A stretch of 64,000 nt of DNA from Acidobacteriota bacterium (lineage in GTDB: Bacteria; Acidobacteriota; UBA6911; RPQK01; JAJDTT01): NCBI GenBank assembly GCA_965209055.1, contig OZ242374.1:384001-448000 (forward strand). Reading direction: 5' to 3'. Below are positions 19,802 to 29,778 of this stretch, piece after piece. How positions within the stretch are numbered: the first letter of the stretch is position 1; each line of letters opens with the position of its first letter. The position numbers and the translations under genes are program-made. The notes under the pieces are model-generated. The model saw nothing but the letters and a program-made list of their open reading frames with translations. It did not search any database and had not been told where the DNA came from.

Positions 19802-19866
19802 GTTGTCTCCCTTCGTGTCCGGCCTTTGCTTTTTCGAAGGTCCAGGGAACGACGTGTCGGTTCAGC

Positions 19867-20970
19867 TCACATCAGCACCACGGTTCGGGCCACTTCGCCC
19901 CGCTCCAGTGCGGCGTAAGCCTCGTTGATCTGATCGAAAGAGTAGGTGCGGGTCACCAGTTCGTCGAGTTTGAGTTTCCCGGCCCGGTAAAGATTCATCA
20001 ACTTGGGGATGTCGATTCGAGGCCGGCTCGAGCCATAGACCGATCCCTTGAGGACTTTCTCCTCAAAGATGAGGGGCATGATCGGTATCGAAACCTCGGT
20101 TTCCAGAGGGGTGACCCCGAGGACTACGGCCTCGCCGCGCTTGGCCAAGCTGTCAAAGGCCTGCCGCACTGTCTTGGGCAGCCCGATGACCTCGAAGGCA
20201 TAGTCCACCCCTCGCTGTTCGGTCAACGACCGGACCTGTTCCACCGGATCGTCCGATGACGCATTGACCGTGTGCGTGGCTCCGAATTGCCGTGCCATTT
20301 CGAGCTTGTTGTCCAAGAGGTCGACCGCGATGATCTTTTCGGCGCCTGCCAAGGCGGCTCCCTGGATCACGTTCAAGCCGACGCCTCCACTGCCGAAAAC
20401 CGCGACCTGACTGCCCGGCGTCACTCGGGCGGCATTCATCACCGCTCCGATTCCGGTAATCACTGCACAGCCCAGTAACGCCGCCTGCTGGAGAGGGATG
20501 TCTTTGGGAACCTTCACCAGCGCTTTTTCCAGAATCACGGTGTATTCGGAGAAGGTCGAAACTCCCAGAAAGTGCTTGATCTCGGACCCGTCGAGGGAAA
20601 AACGGCTGCTGCCGTCCAAAAGCCGTCCCGTGGACCGGATCTTCATTCCCACCGCGCAGAGCGCCGGCCGGGCCAACGTGCAGTATTCGCATTCGCCGCA
20701 ACTGAGTCGCCAAAGGGGGATGACGTTGTCCCCAGGCCGGACGGAGGTCACTCCCGAACCTGTTTCGACCACGGTCCCGGCGCCCTCATGACCCAGGATC
20801 GACGGGGTCGGGGCGTTCAAGTGTCCCGTCATCACATGGAGATCACTGTGGCAAATGCCGCCGACCGCCATTCGCACCAGAACTTCGCCGGCCCGGGGTT
20901 TGGCCACGTCAACTTCTCGAATATCGAGCCGTTGGCCCACATCAAAGAGGATTGCCGCCTTCGCTTTCAT
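19867..20970 (-). CDS. Zn-dependent alcohol dehydrogenase (class III-like MDR)
   Basis: GICHSD, GHEGAG, CGECEYC..C, LGCAVITG, VFGSGGVG. Confidence 0.93.
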   Translation of the reverse strand: MKAKAAILFDVGQRLDIREVDVAKPRAGEVLVRMAVGGICHSDLHVMTGHLNAPTPSILGHEGAGTVVETGSGVTSVRPGDNVIPLWRLSCGECEYCTLARPALCAVGMKIRSTGRLLDGSSRFSLDGSEIKHFLGVSTFSEYTVILEKALVKVPKDIPLQQAALLGCAVITGIGAVMNAARVTPGSQVAVFGSGGVGLNVIQGAALAGAEKIIAVDLLDNKLEMARQFGATHTVNASSDDPVEQVRSLTEQRGVDYAFEVIGLPKTVRQAFDSLAKRGEAVVLGVTPLETEVSIPIMPLIFEEKVLKGSVYGSSRPRIDIPKLMNLYRAGKLKLDELVTRTYSFDQINEAYAALERGEVARTVVLM

Positions 20971-20994
20971 AATTGGGAAAACTCCTTACGGCAC

Positions 20995-21741
20995 CTACAC
21001 GAGCGTGGCGCCGCCATTGACCACCAGCGTGTGGCCCGTGATGAAATCGTTGACCACCAGACCCAAAATGGCTTCGGCGATGTCGTTTGGGCGGGCGAGC
21101 CGTCGGAGAGGATTTTTCCTCCGGGCAGCGTCCGCAAGTGGCCTGATCTTATCGATCCAGCGAGTTTCGACGACTCCGGGCGCCACGGCGTTCACGCGAA
21201 TCTCCGGAGCCTGGCTGATGGCCAACGCCAGAGTCATATTGATGATTGCCGCTTTGGAAGCAGTATACGCAATCGAACTTCCTCTCCCGGTAAAGGCCGA
21301 GTCGGAGGACACGTTGACGATGTGCCCGCCGTCATGACTTCTCATGGCAGCGATCGCTGCTCGTGAACAGAAAAAAGTGCCCTTGACGTTCACGTCGAGG
21401 ATCTTGTCCCAGAGCTCTTCGGTCATTCCTTCGAGATCTCTTGGGAGGACAAAAGTTGTCGTCGCCGCGTTGTTGACGAGGATATCCAACCTCCCCAGCG
21501 TCGTCACGACTTTCCCCACCATCGATCTTACGGCGTCGTCGTTCGAGATATCGGCACAGACAGCGATTGCTTGCGAGCCGAGTTGCCGTATTTCGGACAC
21601 CGTTTCCTCGGCATCGGATCTGGAACGGGAGAAGTTCACGGCAACATCCGCTCCCTCCCCGGCAAACAGGAGAGAGGTTGCCTTTCCGATCCCAGTGCCT
21701 CCTCCGGTGACTAAAGCAACTTTTCCCTTCAGCTTACCCAT
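20995..21741 (-). CDS. SDR family oxidoreductase
   Basis: TGGGTGIG, NNAA, YTASK. Confidence 0.92.
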   Translation of the reverse strand: MGKLKGKVALVTGGGTGIGKATSLLFAGEGADVAVNFSRSRSDAEETVSEIRQLGSQAIAVCADISNDDAVRSMVGKVVTTLGRLDILVNNAATTTFVLPRDLEGMTEELWDKILDVNVKGTFFCSRAAIAAMRSHDGGHIVNVSSDSAFTGRGSSIAYTASKAAIINMTLALAISQAPEIRVNAVAPGVVETRWIDKIRPLADAARRKNPLRRLARPNDIAEAILGLVVNDFITGHTLVVNGGATLV

Positions 21742-21843
21742 CGCCTTGGCCCCTCCTCTTGAACCGATGCCGCCGAAACCTCCCGATCCGATAGCTACTG
21801 TTGCCGTCAGCTCTTACCCGCTTGGTGCCTGACTGAAGCCTCA

Positions 21844-22623
21844 TCAGGATTTGAGTCTTGACCACAACCACTCCGGCATCTCGATGATGGAACTCAAACC
21901 GCCGTCCACCACCAGGTACGTGCCCGTCATGTACGCTGACATGTCGGACGCCAGAAACAGAGCGGTTTGAGCAATATCTTCCGGCCGGCCGTTCCGGCGC
22001 AGGGGACACATTTCTTTAATCTTCAAACGATCCGCCGGGGAGAGACCCTTCCACAATCCGGTCTCCACCGCGCCCGGCAATATTGCATTCACCCGGACCG
22101 AGGGCGCATAGTCCGCGGCCAAGGACCGGGTGAGAGCCAGCAGGCCCCCCTTGGAGGCTTGGTAGGCGGCATGGAGGGAGTAGCCCCGGATGGAATGGAC
22201 CGAACCCGTAATGATGAAAGTGCCGCCACCCTGGGCCACCATGGGCGGCAGGGCACAGCGGGCGATCATCCAGGTGGCTTTCAAACACACATCGAGGGTG
22301 CGGTCCCAATCCGCCTCGCTCGTCTCTGAAGCCGTCCCCAGCACGTAGGCGGCGGCGTTGCTGTGTACGATGTCCAGGCGGCCATAACGATCCAGAGCCG
22401 ACCCGACCATCGCCTCCACCGAGTCCATGTTTCCCACGTCTGCCTGGATAGAGAAGGCCTCGCCGGATTCTCTTCTCAGGTTCCGGACCGTCTCTTCGGC
22501 TCCGGCGCCGTCGATGTCGGCGACGACCACTTTGGCGCCCTGGCTCGAGAACAATCCGGCAGTTGCCCGTCCGATTCCCGAGGCCGCGCCGGTGATCAGA
22601 GCGACTTTGTCCTGCAACAACAT
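21844..22623 (-). CDS. SDR family oxidoreductase
   Basis: AGGAG RBS before ATG 22623. TGAASGIG, YQASK, VDGG. Confidence 0.92.
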   Translation of the reverse strand: MLLQDKVALITGAASGIGRATAGLFSSQGAKVVVADIDGAGAEETVRNLRRESGEAFSIQADVGNMDSVEAMVGSALDRYGRLDIVHSNAAAYVLGTASETSEADWDRTLDVCLKATWMIARCALPPMVAQGGGTFIITGSVHSIRGYSLHAAYQASKGGLLALTRSLAADYAPSVRVNAILPGAVETGLWKGLSPADRLKIKEMCPLRRNGRPEDIAQTALFLASDMSAYMTGTYLVVDGGLSSIIEMPEWLWSRLKS

Positions 22624-22814
22624 GGGCGTCCTTCTCCTAAATCCCAAAGCGTCAATTCCTGACGGAAGGCGAAGTCCGGAGGCCGGTTTGCCTTACCTGA
22701 ATCCAGGGGCTCTACTGGCGCAGCAATGGTTTTCTTTTCATGTTCCGACTTGCTTTCAGGCTGGTCCGATCCTGCTCGGAATTGTACTGTCGTTAATCAT
22801 GGAGGCGCAAAAGA

Positions 22815-23861
22815 ATGAGAAGGAACGCTGAGGAACTCGAGCAACTGGCGAAGGAAATGCTGGTGGCGGTCAAGGCCGATGAGGACAACGCCGCCGTGGT
22901 GGCCAAACACCTGGTGTCGGCCAACCTGAGTGGCGTCGACACGCATGGGGTCTGGCAACTTCCGGGTTACATTGCCGCCATACAGGCTGGAGAGTTGGTT
23001 CCGGCAGCCCGGCCTGAGATCGTGAGGGAAACGAGCACCAGCGCTCTGGTCAGGGGCCATTGGACCTTTGGACAGGTGGTGGCGAAATTCGCCATGGAGA
23101 AAGCCATCGCCAAAGCGGCAAAGCGCGACGTGTCCGTAGTCGGTCTAGTGGAAAGCCACCATATCGGCCGTCTGGGGGAGTACGCGGAAGCGGCAGCCGC
23201 TGAAGGAATGATTGCGATGGTTTGGGGGGGCGGGTTCGGCGAAAAAAGGCCCAGAGTGGTGCCTCACGGAGGCCGTGGCGCCGTACTGGGAACCAACCCT
23301 TTGGCCATGGGTCTTCCCTCCGGGAGGGAGCCCCGAATGCTGTTCGATTTCGCCACCGCCGCCTCGTCGGGAGTCAAAATCGTCAACGCCCAGCGGACCG
23401 GGCAGGAAGTCCCCGACGGTTGGATCGTCGATAAAGAGGGGAATCCCACCAACAACGTGGATGATCTGTTGGAAGGAGGGGGGCAAATACCCTTTGGGGA
23501 GCACAAGGGATACGCGCTGGCGGTGACGGCTGAATGGCTGGGCCGGGTCTTCACCGGATCCGCCCAATTTGCCCAGGCCAATCGCGGGGGGCTCTATTTC
23601 AGTCATTCCGGCGCGGCCATGATGGTCTTCAGAGCCGACCTGTTTCAGCCGTTTGCCGACTATGCGAAAAGGGCCGACCGGCTCCGCAAACGGATCCAAG
23701 CTGTCCCTCCGGCCGCGGGTGTCGAGGAAGTTCTGATCCCCGGCGATCCCGAACTCCAGGCCAGGGTCCTTCGGCAGCAAGAGGGAATTCCGATCCCGGA
23801 TACGCTCTGGAGCGAGTTGGTCGACCTGGCAGCCTCGCTGGGTGTTTCGGTCCCCGAGTAG
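22815..23861 (+). CDS. Ldh_2 family (malate/L-lactate/sulfolactate-type) oxidoreductase
   Basis: GVDTHG, SHHIGRLGEY, LGTNP, FDFAT, HKGY, LIPGDPE. Confidence 0.9.
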   Translation: MRRNAEELEQLAKEMLVAVKADEDNAAVVAKHLVSANLSGVDTHGVWQLPGYIAAIQAGELVPAARPEIVRETSTSALVRGHWTFGQVVAKFAMEKAIAKAAKRDVSVVGLVESHHIGRLGEYAEAAAAEGMIAMVWGGGFGEKRPRVVPHGGRGAVLGTNPLAMGLPSGREPRMLFDFATAASSGVKIVNAQRTGQEVPDGWIVDKEGNPTNNVDDLLEGGGQIPFGEHKGYALAVTAEWLGRVFTGSAQFAQANRGGLYFSHSGAAMMVFRADLFQPFADYAKRADRLRKRIQAVPPAAGVEEVLIPGDPELQARVLRQQEGIPIPDTLWSELVDLAASLGVSVPE

Positions 23862-23864
23862 GGG

Positions 23865-24146
23865 TCAGATGGGCCTGTCCTTCCAGACAAGCTCGCGGAA
23901 CAGTGTGCGTCCCTCCCCGGCATCCTCGTGGGCATCGGCCAAGCGAGCGTGGATCGCCTTGATCGCGTCGAGTGGATTGCGGTCGATTCCGGTGTTTCGC
24001 CGGACATCGATGTCGTGTGCGTGCTCCTTGTCGTGGCTTTCGGCCTTCTCGAGAAGGAAGGCTGGGTGCCGGCTTTCGGCTTGGGCCTTGCGCAGGGCGA
24101 AGCGGCGCTCTTCGACCGAGAGATGCTGAAACCGTACCTCACCCAT
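23865..24146 (-). pseudogene. Truncated AbiEii/AbiGii nucleotidyltransferase toxin
   Basis: MGEVRFQHLSVEERRFAL...PAFLLEK matches the AbiEii N-terminus up to the LEKD motif, then reads into unrelated sequence. Only 93 aa. Overlaps the antitoxin stop. Confidence 0.7.
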
Positions 24147-24735
24147 GCGCGAGACGTGTACTCAGCGGCTCCGCCATCCACCGGGGCATGATGGCTCGCG
24201 CGGCTGCAAGCTCGTCGAGATCTTCCTGAGTGAGCTTGGGGAGAACAACGTCGAGGCCATCTTCGACGTCATGGGGGCCAAGCCATGCCAACGCGCGGAT
24301 GACGACTCCCGCCATCCGACGCGGGGCCGCCAGTTGCCAGCGCGGCGCGTGCCGGAGCTCCACGGGGTGCTTGCCGAAGAGCAATTGCCGACTGCGGCCG
24401 GAAGTGAGATAGACCGAGCGGACGGAATTCTGGGTCGTCAGGCCAAGCCAGTTGGCCGCGCCGCCTCCATTTGGAACGATGGTCTCGCCCCAGAGTTCCG
24501 AAAGCGACTGGAGCGCCTTTTCGACGCTCGGTGCACAGCGCCCGAACCGGGTATCGATCGGGAGCATGTAGACGCCTTGGCAGATCCGCAAGAGGTGCCC
24601 CGAGCGAGCCAAGCGCGACAGAGCCTGATTCACCGCCCCGCGCCTGCCGAGATGAAGCAGGGCGCCTGGACAGATCGGTGTGGCCTCGGGCGAGGCCTCG
24701 GCGTACTCAATGATCCGCTCGGCCACACTCTTCAT
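24139..24735 (-). CDS. DUF6088 / AbiEi-like antitoxin
   Basis: LLHLG.R.AV.QALSRL..SG.L.RI.QGVY, RFG, GAANWLGLTTQ and VYLTSGRSR motifs. Confidence 0.82.
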   Translation of the reverse strand: MKSVAERIIEYAEASPEATPICPGALLHLGRRGAVNQALSRLARSGHLLRICQGVYMLPIDTRFGRCAPSVEKALQSLSELWGETIVPNGGGAANWLGLTTQNSVRSVYLTSGRSRQLLFGKHPVELRHAPRWQLAAPRRMAGVVIRALAWLGPHDVEDGLDVVLPKLTQEDLDELAAARAIMPRWMAEPLSTRLAHG

Positions 24736-24993
24736 AGCGACTCTCTCCGCCACAAATCCACCTGCTCAATTTAACAGAGCGCCGTGGTGCTCGGAGCAAT
24801 CGGAATCAAGGTAGCCAAGGCGGCGGTGTGCCGCCCCACCGGAGTCCGCGCAACGGGGGATGAGGACGCCATCCCCGCGTGCCCTACAGCATTCTGGAGA
24901 TCCAGACAGGTCGGCCGGCGACGCGGATGTTCTCCACTACAACTGCCGGATGCCGGGACGGTCGAATGCCGTGACGACTCTTGCCAAGGGCTG

Positions 24994-26331
24994 TCAACGA
25001 TGCCCGGAATGCCGCCAATCCCGGGCGATTTTCTCCAGGCTCTTGCCCTTGGTCTCGGGCACGAATTTCCAGCCGAAGACAAAAGCCAGGACGCAAGTCA
25101 ACGTGAAGATCCAGAACACTGCCGCTGGAGAGCCGAAGCGCTCCTCCGACAACTCCAGGAGAACCGGAAAGGCGAGAACACCCGAATAATTGGCGATCCA
25201 TAGACACATGGTCGCAATGCTGACTGCCCGGGCCCGCACTCGGGTGGGCAGGACCTCCGACATCATGACCCAGGCCAACGGGCCGAGACCGATGACGTGA
25301 GGCCAGGCGCACATCAGCACCGCCCCAACCACGACAAACCCGGTGAGGTTGAAGTGAAAGATCGCGCCGAGCAGCGTGACGCCGAAGACCATCCCCAACG
25401 ATGTCACGAGCCAGATCGGCCGGCGGCCGACGCGATCCACAAGCGACATGGAGACGAGAGTCAACCCGATGTTGATTCCGTTGACCATGGCGTATTGGAA
25501 GATGGCGTCGCTGGCATCTGCAAATCCGGATTTCAGAAGCAGGATCGGAAGGTAGGAGGCGACGACACTCCAACCGGTCCATTGACTGAAGACGGCCAGC
25601 AGCACGGCTACGGCAAAGGCGGTCCGGATTCCGGGCTTCAGCAATTCGGAAAAGGCGCCCGTCTCCTCGGCCAGCGATTCCCGAATCTCCTGGAGCAGTC
25701 CCTCCGCTTTTTCCCGCCCGTTGATTCGAGCCAGGACTCTTCGAGCTTCCCGGTAGCGGTTTTTCTGGGCCAGCCATCTCGGCGTCCGTGGTATCAGGGT
25801 CAACAGGACTCCGAAGACCAGGATGGGAACCAGCTCGGAAGCGAACATCCAGCGCCAGGCCTCGAAAAAGGCAAGGTAGTAGGCCACCAGAGTGGCGGAA
25901 AAGGCCCCGACGACAATGGCCAGTTGGTACATCATCACCAGGCGGCCCCGGAGGCGCGCGGGAGCGATCTCAGCCAGGTACATGGGCGAGGCGACGCTGA
26001 CGAGACCGCACCCGATTCCGCCGATGACGCGAAAAAAATTGAATTGATCGATGGTCTCAGGCAACGCTGTGCCTATCGCGCTGATCCCGAACAGGAGATT
26101 CGCGGCGATCAGTGTCCGCTTGCGGCCCAGCAGGTCACAGAGCCGCATTCCCGCTATCGGTCCGGCAATACAACCAATGACGGCGCTGGCCGTGGTGAAT
26201 CCCAATCCCGCAGCGCTGAGGCCGAATTCCTCTTTGAGGAATATGACCGCCCCCGAGATCATCACCAGGTCATAGCCGAACAGGAAGCCGCCCAGGGCCG
26301 CCACAAACGAAACGAATACGACGTAGAGAAT
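24994..26331 (-). CDS. MFS sugar porter
   Basis: AALGGFLFGYD, GRKRTL, PMYLAEIAP..RG, DRVGRRP, PETKGKSLE. The start is uncertain: ATT 26331 or GTG 26304. Confidence 0.9.
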   Translation of the reverse strand: MLYVVFVSFVAALGGFLFGYDLVMISGAVIFLKEEFGLSAAGLGFTTASAVIGCIAGPIAGMRLCDLLGRKRTLIAANLLFGISAIGTALPETIDQFNFFRVIGGIGCGLVSVASPMYLAEIAPARLRGRLVMMYQLAIVVGAFSATLVAYYLAFFEAWRWMFASELVPILVFGVLLTLIPRTPRWLAQKNRYREARRVLARINGREKAEGLLQEIRESLAEETGAFSELLKPGIRTAFAVAVLLAVFSQWTGWSVVASYLPILLLKSGFADASDAIFQYAMVNGINIGLTLVSMSLVDRVGRRPIWLVTSLGMVFGVTLLGAIFHFNLTGFVVVGAVLMCAWPHVIGLGPLAWVMMSEVLPTRVRARAVSIATMCLWIANYSGVLAFPVLLELSEERFGSPAAVFWIFTLTCVLAFVFGWKFVPETKGKSLEKIARDWRHSGHR

Positions 26332-26343
26332 TCTCTTTTCCTC

Positions 26344-27615
26344 TCACAACCCGAGGATGCGGGCGGCCGTCCCGCCCATGATTTGGGACAGGTCCCCAGG
26401 ACCCAGGAACCGGCAGTATTTCTCGATCCAGTCCCGGGACTGACGGTAGGTGCAGAAGCGGTTCTGGAAGGGCATGTCGGTGCCCCAGAGCAACTGGCCG
26501 GAACCGACGTGTTCCACCATCGCCTCCAGGGTGGGCCACACTTCCCGGTAGGGGTAGTCGAAGAGATCGCCGAGCCGCACCGGAAAGCTCACCTCCAGAT
26601 TGCATTTCGGGTTCCGGAAGGGTTGCCAGATGTCCTGCGGCAGGCGGACCCCGTCCCCGTCCAGAAACACGCGCCAAGGAAAGCCGTGGGTGAGACTGCA
26701 CACCGTGTCCGGGTAGCGTTCCATCCAGCGCATCAGGATCCCCAATTCCTTGAGATACCCGCGGCGTTGGTCCTCCAGGGATACGGCGCCCGGTCCCGTT
26801 CCCAGGGTGAAGAAGACCGGAACCCTCCAGGAGGCAGCCGCCTCCCAGAAGGGCCGGTAGGGGCCGTCGTCCCAGGGAGCGCTGCTGCCCAGGTAACCCA
26901 GAGGGGGAATGAACTTGATGGCGTGAAGGCCGAGCTTGTTGATGGCCGTGTCCAGTTCCCGGATGACGGCGTCGGTCTCCGATGGAATCCGCCATTCGTC
27001 CACCGGGGCCATGGAGCGCAGGCGGTCCGGATACCGGCGCACGCTGTCCGCCAGGTAGCGGCTGTCGCGGATCAACATGGGGTCGGTGTGCAGGAGCGTC
27101 ACGTCCACGCCGGCGTAGTCCATCTCGGCGATGAGGCTGTGGGGAGTGAACTCCAGGTTTCTCAGGTTGGGCGGGTAAAACTGCTTGGTGTAGTCCTCTC
27201 CGTCGACGGTCCAGACCACCCGGCCGCGCTCGCGGTCCACTCGAAAGTTCACGTCGGGCAGATCGGACAGATTCTTGAATCCCCCCGGCGCCAGAGGCTT
27301 GGACGAGGCCGGGGCCCGGTCCCGTACCCGCCAGGCCGGCTGATGATGTCCCGCGTGGGCCGCCTGGATCCAGGCCAGATGTTCTTCGGGACTGGCGTGC
27401 CCTGCCGGCTCGTCTCCTGGCGGAAACACGTAGGCGTGTGAGTCGACGATCATGGTCCTTCTCTTTCTCACCGGGTTGCCGCCACCGGAGGGGCCGGATC
27501 CGGGTTGTTGGATCGACGTGTCAGAGGAGTCACTGAAGCAGGACCCGGCCAGCAGACCTGCCGCCAACCCGGCCGCCCCCTTGATGAAATTCCGTCTCCT
27601 GGCCGTTGTCTTCAT
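26344..27615 (-). CDS. Amidohydrolase_2 family protein with Tat/lipoprotein leader
   Basis: AAGGAG RBS before ATG 27615. RRRNFIK...LAGSC leader, IVDSHAY, LLWGTDMP, IMGGTAARILGL. Confidence 0.85.
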   Translation of the reverse strand: MKTTARRRNFIKGAAGLAAGLLAGSCFSDSSDTSIQQPGSGPSGGGNPVRKRRTMIVDSHAYVFPPGDEPAGHASPEEHLAWIQAAHAGHHQPAWRVRDRAPASSKPLAPGGFKNLSDLPDVNFRVDRERGRVVWTVDGEDYTKQFYPPNLRNLEFTPHSLIAEMDYAGVDVTLLHTDPMLIRDSRYLADSVRRYPDRLRSMAPVDEWRIPSETDAVIRELDTAINKLGLHAIKFIPPLGYLGSSAPWDDGPYRPFWEAAASWRVPVFFTLGTGPGAVSLEDQRRGYLKELGILMRWMERYPDTVCSLTHGFPWRVFLDGDGVRLPQDIWQPFRNPKCNLEVSFPVRLGDLFDYPYREVWPTLEAMVEHVGSGQLLWGTDMPFQNRFCTYRQSRDWIEKYCRFLGPGDLSQIMGGTAARILGL

Positions 27616-27828
27616 CTCCTTGCCGAACTCTGGATCATATCCAACTTTAGGGCAATTGCGGCATAGGGACGTCTTGCCGATCAAGAACGACGCCGATCCT
27701 TGTCCCCAGGCCGCTGTCCGTGACGGCCATCCGCCGACTCCGGCACTGGATCGCGATCCGGGCAAGTGTCACAATTTGCCCAAGGTGGCCAGCCCTACGA
27801 CCGCCGGACCGTGCGGGCCGATGTGAAG

Positions 27829-29778
27829 ATGGTGACCAGATCTCCCCTCCCGTTCATCCTGGCTGCAGTTTTCGCGGCCGCGCAGCCGGCGCCGGCGGCC
27901 GGACATCCGCTCGACCCGCTGAGCTATCGAGAATTCTGGCGGGTCCTGGAACTCCTGCGGGATGCCGGGCACATGGACAGGAAGACTCGATTCTCCCAGT
28001 TGACGCTGCAGGAGCCGCCGAAGCGCGAGGTGCTGGCCTGGCGTCCCGGCGCCGGGATGCCTCGCAAGGCCTACGCCGTGGTGCGGCACGGCGATAAGGC
28101 ATTCGAGGCGGTCGTCGATCTGACTGCGGACCGGGTCGCGTCCTGGTCGCCTCTGAAGGAGGTCCACCCGAACTGGATTGAGGATGACTTCAAGGCCATG
28201 GTCGACAAAGTGCTGGAACATCCGGGCTTCGTCTCCGGCCTCAAGGCTCGCGGAATCACCGACACCACCTTCCTCGATTGCTCCACGGTACCGCCCGGCT
28301 ACTTCGGAACCGAGGAAGAGCGGGGACGGCGCATCGGCCATGTCCGGTGCTCCGAGCCCCGAGGAGTGCGAAACGCCTGGACCCGCCAGGTCGAGGGCCT
28401 GACGGCCGTGGTTGATCTCGAATCGGAGGAGGTTCTGCGGGTCGTGGACGACGGTCCCGTGCCTCTCACCGGAACCGACGCCGACTACGACCGCACTACG
28501 CTGGGGCGCCCCCGGGAGGTTCCGGGCCCCCTCGACACGCGTCAGCCGCTCGGCCCCGGATTCAAGATCGACGGGCACCAGGTGCGCTGGCAGAACTGGC
28601 GCTTCCACCTGCGGCCGGACCAGCGCGTCGGCGCCGTCGTTTCCTTGGTGCGCTACCAGGAGGACCCCGGCGAACCGGCCCGATCGGTGATGTACCAGGG
28701 ACACCTGTCCGAGGTATTCGTTCCCTACATGGATCCGTCTTTCGGATGGTATCGGCGCAACTTCATCGACGTCGGCGAATTCATGGCCGGCGGGTTGGCG
28801 CAGCCGCTCCTACGCGGCCGTGACTGCCCCGGCTACGCCGCGTACGTCGGCACCGTCATCAGCAATAAAAAGGGCCGCCCGCACACCGTACCCGACACGA
28901 TTTGTGTGTTCGAAAGGGAAACAGGCGATCCCGCTTGGCGCCATTGGTCTTCCGAGCTGCCTGAAAGCCGGCGCAGCCGCGACCTGGTGGTGCGTGTCGG
29001 GGCCGTGGTCGGCAATTACGACTACCTGCTCGACTGGATCTTCCGTCAGGATGGGGCGATCGAGGTGAGGGTGGGTACGACCGGCATCGTCGAAGTCAAG
29101 GCCAGCAAGTCGGAGAATGCCCTGCAGGGGGAACCGGAGGCCGACGCCTACGGCCGATTCGTGGATAGCAACATCGTGGCGGTGAATCACGACCACTACT
29201 TCAGCTATCGACTCGACCTGGACATCGACGGCGCTACGAACCGCTTCGTCGCTGACCGCCTGGTGACGCGGCGGCTGCCCGAAGGCCACCCCCGCCGGAG
29301 CTTGTGGGTCCGGGAGGAGCACGTTCCGGACAGCGAGCACGACGCGAAACTGGACATCAACCTCGAACGGCCCGCTCTTTGGCGCGTTCTGAGCAACGGC
29401 CGGCGGAACTCCTCCGGGTACCCGACCAGCTTCCAGGTGGTTCCCGGCAGGAACTCCAACACTCTTCTGTCGGAAGACGACTACCCGCGGCGGCGCGCCG
29501 GCTTCATCGACCACCACCTCTGGATCACGCCGCAAAGGGACGAGGAGCGTCATGCCGCCGGCGATCACCCCACCCTGAGCGAGCCCGGCCAGGGGTTGCC
29601 GGCGTGGACGGCAGCCGACCGGCCCATCCGCGACACCGACATCGTCGTCTGGCACACCATCGGCATGCATCATCTGCCGCGCTCCGAGGACTGGCCGGTC
29701 ATGCCTACGGTGTGGTACGGCTTCGAACTTCGGCCGTTCGACTTCTTTGACCGCAACCCTGCGCTCGATCTCCCCTGA
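27829..29778 (+). CDS. tynA: Secreted copper (TPQ) primary-amine oxidase
   Basis: Signal peptide, HPLDPL, SEVFVPY.DP, catalytic-base region FIDVGE, NYDY topaquinone consensus, HDH and HLPR.EDWPVMP copper ligands. Confidence 0.9.
   Translation: MVTRSPLPFILAAVFAAAQPAPAAGHPLDPLSYREFWRVLELLRDAGHMDRKTRFSQLTLQEPPKREVLAWRPGAGMPRKAYAVVRHGDKAFEAVVDLTADRVASWSPLKEVHPNWIEDDFKAMVDKVLEHPGFVSGLKARGITDTTFLDCSTVPPGYFGTEEERGRRIGHVRCSEPRGVRNAWTRQVEGLTAVVDLESEEVLRVVDDGPVPLTGTDADYDRTTLGRPREVPGPLDTRQPLGPGFKIDGHQVRWQNWRFHLRPDQRVGAVVSLVRYQEDPGEPARSVMYQGHLSEVFVPYMDPSFGWYRRNFIDVGEFMAGGLAQPLLRGRDCPGYAAYVGTVISNKKGRPHTVPDTICVFERETGDPAWRHWSSELPESRRSRDLVVRVGAVVGNYDYLLDWIFRQDGAIEVRVGTTGIVEVKASKSENALQGEPEADAYGRFVDSNIVAVNHDHYFSYRLDLDIDGATNRFVADRLVTRRLPEGHPRRSLWVREEHVPDSEHDAKLDINLERPALWRVLSNGRRNSSGYPTSFQVVPGRNSNTLLSEDDYPRRRAGFIDHHLWITPQRDEERHAAGDHPTLSEPGQGLPAWTAADRPIRDTDIVVWHTIGMHHLPRSEDWPVMPTVWYGFELRPFDFFDRNPALDLP

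Noticed and set aside
26344-26346. In-frame UGA as selenocysteine
   Set aside because: It falls at the normal amidohydrolase C-terminus, not at a Cys-equivalent site, and no SECIS-like hairpin follows.
25297-27441. Long ORFs such as 25297-27441, 42930-44615, 52828-54711, 59557-61188 and 49373-50773
   Set aside because: They are antisense shadows of well-supported genes in high-GC DNA, with no recognisable motifs.
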